A stretch of 64,000 bases of DNA from Candidatus Omnitrophota bacterium (GTDB lineage: Bacteria > Omnitrophota > Gorgyraeia > JABMRG01 > JAFGKX01), in NCBI GenBank assembly GCA_043797125.1, contig JAZDPX010000006.1, positions 6,921 to 70,920 of the forward strand, given 5' to 3'. The notes under the pieces are model-generated. The model searched no databases and was not told where the DNA came from. It was given only the letters and a program-made list of their open reading frames with translations. Of this stretch, positions 59,201 to 64,000 are shown one piece after another (position 1 is the stretch's first letter; each line of letters opens with the position of its first letter). The translations under genes and the position numbers were made by a program.

Positions 59201-59635
59201 TTAGTTCCAGGTTATTTCCATATTTGCAGAACCGTTAGTAGTAGCGACCATAGTAACAAACGCAGTTTTACCGCCAACTATGGGCGTATAAATAGTGCCA
59301 TTTCGCACAGCGGTAATTGTGATATTCACAGCCCTGTCTGCAGCGCTTCCTGCCGGCCAAGAATAAGAAAATAAGCTTTTATTCTTATCATCAATAATAC
59401 CGCCGATTGCAGTTTCTATTTCATAAATGTTATCAGCGGCAGCAGTGGGAAAGGCACCATTATGTTCAAGCTTATACGCCATTAGGCCTGATCTCATTGA
59501 CCCTAAAACCATTCTGCCCTCTCCTGTCCTGATTCTTTCAATCAAGCTGCCTAGTTGCGGCAGGAGCAAAGTAACTAAAATGCCTATTAAAATAACGACT
59601 AGTAAAAGTTCTATTAATGTAAAACCCTTTTTCAT
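59201..59635 (-). CDS. Type II secretion pseudopilin / type IV pilin-like protein
   Basis: 144 aa. Class III signal and N-methylation motif MKKGFTLIELLLVVILIGILVTLLLPQ (G-F-T-L-I-E). Confidence 0.8.
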   Translation of the reverse strand: MKKGFTLIELLLVVILIGILVTLLLPQLGSLIERIRTGEGRMVLGSMRSGLMAYKLEHNGAFPTAAADNIYEIETAIGGIIDDKNKSLFSYSWPAGSAADRAVNITITAVRNGTIYTPIVGGKTAFVTMVATTNGSANMEITWN

Positions 59636-59672
59636 ACATATCCCCCTTTTTTTATATTATAATAAAGCTAAA

Positions 59673-60077
59673 TTATGTCCACGAAACATTCATATCTGCT
59701 GCGCCATTTGCTTCAATCACCATATATATATGGGATTGCTTGCCTGTCCATGTACCATTACGATTGGCATTTACAAACATTCTATCTGCATTGCCGCCCG
59801 CTGGCCAACTATAATCAAACAAACTCCTGGTATCATCAGCTATATCGCCTAAAGTGCCTTCTATTGCCGCTAGACCAATGTTAGCAGCATTAGGAAATGT
59901 GCCTTCATCCATGCGATACGCCATTAACGCAGCTCTCATGGCGCCCAAGACCTGCTTTGCTTCAGCCAATCTCGCTCTTTCTTGCATACCTGATATTTGT
60001 GGTAATAATAATGTAGCTAATATACCTATTAAAATAACTACGATTAAAACTTCAATCAATGTAAAACCTCTTTTCAT
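59673..60077 (-). CDS. gspG: Major pseudopilin GspG-like / type IV pilin-like protein
   Basis: The ORF track gives 59673-60140; the true start is likely the internal MKRGFTLIEVLIVVILIGILATLLLPQ (prepilin motif). About 134 aa. Confidence 0.75.
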   Translation of the reverse strand: MKRGFTLIEVLIVVILIGILATLLLPQISGMQERARLAEAKQVLGAMRAALMAYRMDEGTFPNAANIGLAAIEGTLGDIADDTRSLFDYSWPAGGNADRMFVNANRNGTWTGKQSHIYMVIEANGAADMNVSWT

Positions 60078-60176
60078 ATAAAACCTCCATGCCTCGCCAA
60101 CAGGCGGGCTTATTTTTACTTTGTATATTATTATACACAAAGTATGTATGATGTCAACTATTTTACTATAAAATTT

Positions 60177-61391
60177 TTATTTCAACGCGCTTGCCAAATT
60201 AAATATCGGCAAATACATCGCGACAACCAATGCCCCGACTATGACCCCTATGCCGACTATCAGCGCGGGCTCAAACAGGGCAGTGAGCCTGGTAATGGTG
60301 GCGTCGACTCTCTCCTGATAAAACAAAGCAGCCTTCTCAAGCATATTAGCCAGCTCCCCTGATTCCTCGCCTACCCCAACCATATGCGAAAGCATATCAG
60401 GAAACACGTCGCTTTCAATCATAGGCGCTGACATTGTCTTTCCCTGTCTTACGTTTTCCTTGACCTTGGTAAGCACATCCATTATTATTACGTTCCCGGC
60501 GCTCTCTATAACTATATCCATTGCGTGCAAAATCGGGGTGCCGCTTTTTATAAGCATGCTCAGGCCTTTCGCGAACCTGACTCCTGAAATCTGCCGAACA
60601 AGATTTCCCACTATAGGGGCTGCTAATAAAAATTTGTCTATTGTCCTTTTTCCTGAAGCTGTCCTTTGATAGGAACGAAACATAAAAATTATCCCCACAA
60701 TTAAACCTATCTCCAGTAAAATGAATTTTTTTATCGTCATGCTGATATTAAATACTATCTGCGTAAAAAGCGGCAGTTCTGCCCCAAACCCGGAATATAT
60801 ATTCGCGAACATCGGTATAAGTTTCATGACAAATACTATAATCGCGACAAAAGCAACGCCTAAAATCACTGCCGGGTAAATAAGGGCGTTTATAATCTTT
60901 CGCTTGAAAGCCGCTGTTGCTTCAAGATACGGCGCAAGCTGCTCCAATGCAAATCCAAGCTGGCCTGTTGCCTCGCCTGTTTCTATTATATTTACCCAGA
61001 ACCTGGAAAATATCTTAGGATATTTCGCTATTGAATCGCTTAAGGAGCTGCCTCCTGCAACATCCTTCTTTGTACCTAACAGCGCTTCATTAAGCCGGCG
61101 GCTTGTGACCTGCTCACTGGTTATCTCCAGGCTGCGCAGCAGGCTTATGCCCGCGTTTATAAGGGTTGTAAGCTGCCTTGCGAAAATTATTAAATCATCC
61201 TGCGAAACTTTTGTGTGGAAACGTTTGCCCTTCTTTGCCCTTCTATTGCTTTTTTCCGTAAGCGCGAAAGATATAACAATTAGCCCGCGGGACTGAAGGG
61301 CCTCAACCAGATCATCTTCATTATTAGATGAAAACACTCCGCGTTTTAAGCTGCCGTCTTTTGTTCTTGCCGTATACCTGAAATTAGGCAT
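60177..61391 (-). CDS. gspF: Type II secretion / type IV pilus inner-membrane platform protein (GspF/PilC)
   Basis: 404 aa. Two T2SSF repeats and 3 TM segments. Typical spacing after the GspE gene. Confidence 0.85.
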   Translation of the reverse strand: MPNFRYTARTKDGSLKRGVFSSNNEDDLVEALQSRGLIVISFALTEKSNRRAKKGKRFHTKVSQDDLIIFARQLTTLINAGISLLRSLEITSEQVTSRRLNEALLGTKKDVAGGSSLSDSIAKYPKIFSRFWVNIIETGEATGQLGFALEQLAPYLEATAAFKRKIINALIYPAVILGVAFVAIIVFVMKLIPMFANIYSGFGAELPLFTQIVFNISMTIKKFILLEIGLIVGIIFMFRSYQRTASGKRTIDKFLLAAPIVGNLVRQISGVRFAKGLSMLIKSGTPILHAMDIVIESAGNVIIMDVLTKVKENVRQGKTMSAPMIESDVFPDMLSHMVGVGEESGELANMLEKAALFYQERVDATITRLTALFEPALIVGIGVIVGALVVAMYLPIFNLASALK

Positions 61392-61401
61392 TTTATACCT
61401 C

Positions 61402-63102
61402 TTATATTTCGTACGCTGTGCTCAATACTTCCTGAATGCTTGTTACCCCGTCTTGAACCTTTTGCAGGCCGTTGTACAAAAGAGACTTCATGCCTTCCTC
61501 TTGCGCAAGCTTATTAATCTGGGCGATAGTGGCATTTTGCGATATCATTTCTTTCAGCTTCGCGGAAACTACTACAATCTCTGTCAGGGCCGTCCTTCCA
61601 GAATAACCTGTATTATGGCATTTTTGGCAGCCTTTAGCTTTAAAAATCTGCCTTTTAGGTAAATTGTATTTTTTTATCAAATCAACCTGCGTTTCATCCG
61701 GTTCTTTGCAGATTTGGCATAATTTTTTTACTAACCGCTGGGCCATTATCATAATAAGGCCTGAAGCAACAAGGTAAGGTTCAACTCCTATATCAATCAA
61801 TCTTGTAGCCGCGGAGGGAGCATCATTGGTATGCAGCGTTGAAAAGACAAGATGCCCTGTAAGCGCCGCTCTCATGCAAATCTGCGCTGTCTCAAGATCC
61901 CTGATTTCTCCTACCATCATAATATCGGGGTCCTGCCTTAAAAAGGAGCGCAGAGCGTTTGCGAATGTCAGGCCTATGTTTGGCTTTACCTGAACCTGGT
62001 TAATGCCCTCTATATTATATTCAACGGGGTCTTCGATTGTTATAATATTTTTGCTCGGGCTTTTGATGAAATTTAAAGCGGAATAAAGTGTTGTGGATTT
62101 ACCGCTTCCAGTAGGCCCTGTAATAAGTATAAGCCCGTACGGGTGCAATATGGCTTCTTTAAATTTCTTTGCGTCGTCCTCTGAAAATCCTAATTTATCC
62201 AATTCAAAAGAAATAATCCCCTTATCCAATATCCTTAATACCGCCTTTTCGCCGAATATCGTAGGAATTACAGAAGCGCGTATGTCAATGCCTCTGTCTT
62301 CCACCTGTATGCTGAAACCGCCGTCCTGTGGAAGCCTTTTTTCAGCTATATCCATTTTGGATAAAATCTTTATTCTTGAAATCAAGGCCGGCAAAAGATG
62401 CTGGGATGGCGGGGCTATATTATGAAGAACGCCGTCTATCCTGAAACGCACGTTTATCTTCTGTTTAAAAGGCTCGACATGTATATCGCTTGCCCTTTCC
62501 TTCACTGCCTGGATCAGCAAAAGATTCACCAGTTTTATAACAGGGGCCTCCTCTGCCTTAGCCACCATATCCTCAAGGCTGACCTTGTCGTCTCTTTCTT
62601 CAATTATGCCTTCTTTTGCAGAATAGCTCTCTTCTACAGCGTCTCTGAGCATCTCTCTTTTGCCATAGAATTTATCTATTGCCTCACGCAAATCAACTCT
62701 TGTAGCTATTATAGGATTTACCTCGCAGCCGGTAATCCTTCTAAGATTATCGATAACAAGAAGGTCAAGCGGGTTAAATAGCGCTACATTTAGAAAATTG
62801 GCGTGCTTAGAAAGCGGCAAGACCATCTGCTGCCTGGCGAAATCTTCGGGAACCAATCTGTGGAGGTCTTGTTCCTCGGACGGGACTAACGAACCTGCCT
62901 TGATGCTTGCGAAAGGTATGTCCAGCTGCCTTGCCAAAGCATCGCATACATCTTTTTCAGTAACAAAATTGTTTTTAATCAGGATATCGCCTATAGGACG
63001 GCCGCTTTGCTTCTGAAGGCGCAGGACTTCCTCAAGCTGTGAATTTGTTATCAGGCCCTGCTTGATTAATATCTCGCCTAATTTAAACTTTGATTTTCTC
63101 AT
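61402..63102 (-). CDS. gspE: Type II secretion / type IV pilus assembly ATPase (GspE/PilB)
   Basis: 566 aa. N-terminal GSPII_E_N domain. Walker A GPTGSGKSTTLYSALN, Asp box, Walker B. Tetracysteine CQICK...CQKCHNTGY. Confidence 0.9.
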   Translation of the reverse strand: MRKSKFKLGEILIKQGLITNSQLEEVLRLQKQSGRPIGDILIKNNFVTEKDVCDALARQLDIPFASIKAGSLVPSEEQDLHRLVPEDFARQQMVLPLSKHANFLNVALFNPLDLLVIDNLRRITGCEVNPIIATRVDLREAIDKFYGKREMLRDAVEESYSAKEGIIEERDDKVSLEDMVAKAEEAPVIKLVNLLLIQAVKERASDIHVEPFKQKINVRFRIDGVLHNIAPPSQHLLPALISRIKILSKMDIAEKRLPQDGGFSIQVEDRGIDIRASVIPTIFGEKAVLRILDKGIISFELDKLGFSEDDAKKFKEAILHPYGLILITGPTGSGKSTTLYSALNFIKSPSKNIITIEDPVEYNIEGINQVQVKPNIGLTFANALRSFLRQDPDIMMVGEIRDLETAQICMRAALTGHLVFSTLHTNDAPSAATRLIDIGVEPYLVASGLIMIMAQRLVKKLCQICKEPDETQVDLIKKYNLPKRQIFKAKGCQKCHNTGYSGRTALTEIVVVSAKLKEMISQNATIAQINKLAQEEGMKSLLYNGLQKVQDGVTSIQEVLSTAYEI

Positions 63103-63114
63103 AAGACCATTGAC

Positions 63115-64000
63115 CTACTCAATTTCTCTCTTTTTCCTAAGCTTCTGAACTGCCTTGCTTATTTCCTCATCCCTCTCTGTTACAGCGGCTTCTTGTTCAA
63201 TTGTTGCATCCTGCGCCTGCGCAAGGCCTATCCCTTGAGCCTGCTGATCAATTTTTATGACATGCGCCGTGACAAATATAATTATCTCCGTAATAGTGTT
63301 ATCTTTTTCATGCGACTTGAACATATTTCCCAATAGCGGTATTTTGCTTAAACCAGGAACTGCCCTCTCATTAGCCACATCATCTTTCTTGAGAAGCCCG
63401 CCTATAGCTATTGTCTGGCCGTTTTTCATCATAACCGTTGTCTTGGCGCTTCGTTTTGCAGGGTCAAAAAAACCGGTCACATTAGAATCTATTACCCTGG
63501 AAACTTCCGGCTCCAATGTCATGGTTATATAATCATCCTTATTCACGGTGGGAGTAACCCTCAAAAGCACTCCTGTCTCAACTCTTTCTGCCGCAGAGCT
63601 AACCGTTCCTGTATCTGTCTGGCTTGTTGTTGTTGTTCCGATTGCTGAATTTGCTGAAATCTTGATTTCCGCTGTTTCATTATTAACAACCATAATCTTT
63701 GGCTTTGCCAGGTACTCAGCATCGTCTGTGGTCTCAAGGGCCTTAAGCACAACCTGAAATTCCGCCAAAGATAAATTGCCGAATGTATTGCCTGTGGCTG
63801 AAGTAGCTAATGTGCGGCCCCTTGTATCTGCCAGCGAACTGCCTAATAATGAACGTGAAAGAATACCGTTTTCTCTTACAAACGGGAATCCCGTATCCCT
63901 GGTAGGCCCGGTAAACGAGAAAAAATTACCCTCTGTAGTGCTGCCCCAATCAAGCCCTAAATTCTTTATAGCCTGCGTATTAACTTCAATTATCTCAGCC
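63115..64000 (-). CDS. gspD: Secretin (GspD/PilQ family), partial - 5' end beyond window
   Basis: The frame stays open from 63768 to the window end (manual translation: AEIIEVNTQAIKNLGLDWGSTTEGNFF...). C-terminal secretin-domain motifs VPGLSKIPLLGNMFKSHEKDNTITEIIIFVTAHVI. The ORF track lists only 63115-63768 from an internal TTG. Confidence 0.8.
   Translation of the reverse strand, partial: AEIIEVNTQAIKNLGLDWGSTTEGNFFSFTGPTRDTGFPFVRENGILSRSLLGSSLADTRGRTLATSATGNTFGNLSLAEFQVVLKALETTDDAEYLAKPKIMVVNNETAEIKISANSAIGTTTTSQTDTGTVSSAAERVETGVLLRVTPTVNKDDYITMTLEPEVSRVIDSNVTGFFDPAKRSAKTTVMMKNGQTIAIGGLLKKDDVANERAVPGLSKIPLLGNMFKSHEKDNTITEIIIFVTAHVIKIDQQAQGIGLAQAQDATIEQEAAVTERDEEISKAVQKLRKKREIE

Overview
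This 64-kb window looks like it comes from an uncultured Gram-negative (LPS-producing) bacterium of moderate AT content. About 44 of 45 genes are on the minus strand and most are tightly packed, with 0-4 bp gaps or overlaps. All protein calls below come from reading motifs in the supplied ORF translations (no database search was run); repeat observations come from reading the DNA.

Reading right to left, the way the minus strand is transcribed:
- 63115-64000: a secretin whose 5' end runs off the window.
- 59201-63102: a GspE/PilB ATPase, a GspF/PilC platform protein and two pseudopilins. The order secretin-ATPase-platform-pseudopilins matches T2SS (gspDEFGH).
- 43.5-59.1 kb: a 13-gene, translationally coupled operon directly downstream of the pseudopilins. 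It encodes four GT-C-like polytopic membrane proteins (one with C-terminal TPRs), GT2 and GT9 glycosyltransferases, four radical-SAM enzymes (one B12-binding, two paralogous SPASM-type), a PDH-E1 alpha/beta pair with no E2/E3, and two paralogous membrane-anchored winged-helix-like proteins. I read it as a candidate pseudopilin/protein-glycosylation and sugar-tailoring system; this is the most system-like unexplained content in the window.
- 35.4-41.9 kb: ilvD-ilvB-ilvN-ilvC-leuA.
- 27.7-35.3 kb: aroE-pilD-aroC-aroK, dprA-topA-xerC.
- 22.1-27.3 kb: an island of four uncharacterised genes. Two are diverged paralogous secreted Rossmann-like proteins, one is a 2-TM protein, and one is a Zn-ribbon plus winged-helix putative nuclease. 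Each has a related 3' hairpin element.
- 13.3-21.8 kb: an LPS core / lipid A operon (waaA, lpxK, lpxL-fusion, GT4/GT9 heptosyltransferases including a GT4-GT9 fusion).
- 12529-12605: tRNA-Ala(GGC) with non-canonical G33 and A56.
- 7455-12524: leuS and a GH94-type glycoside phosphorylase with a polybasic N-terminal tail.
- 1-6709: a giant, signal-peptide-bearing, repeat-rich ORF (>2230 aa) that runs off the window start.

The intergenic DNA is unusually rich in palindromic repeat families:
- a MITE-like element in 2 copies whose stems show compensatory substitutions;
- a long-hairpin element family sharing a 27-bp motif;
- a REP-like family in 4 copies between operon genes;
- a terminator-like hairpin family in the island.

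Several conserved genes (leuS twice, waaA, aroE, GH94) carry in-frame 7-8-bp-unit microsatellite insertions.
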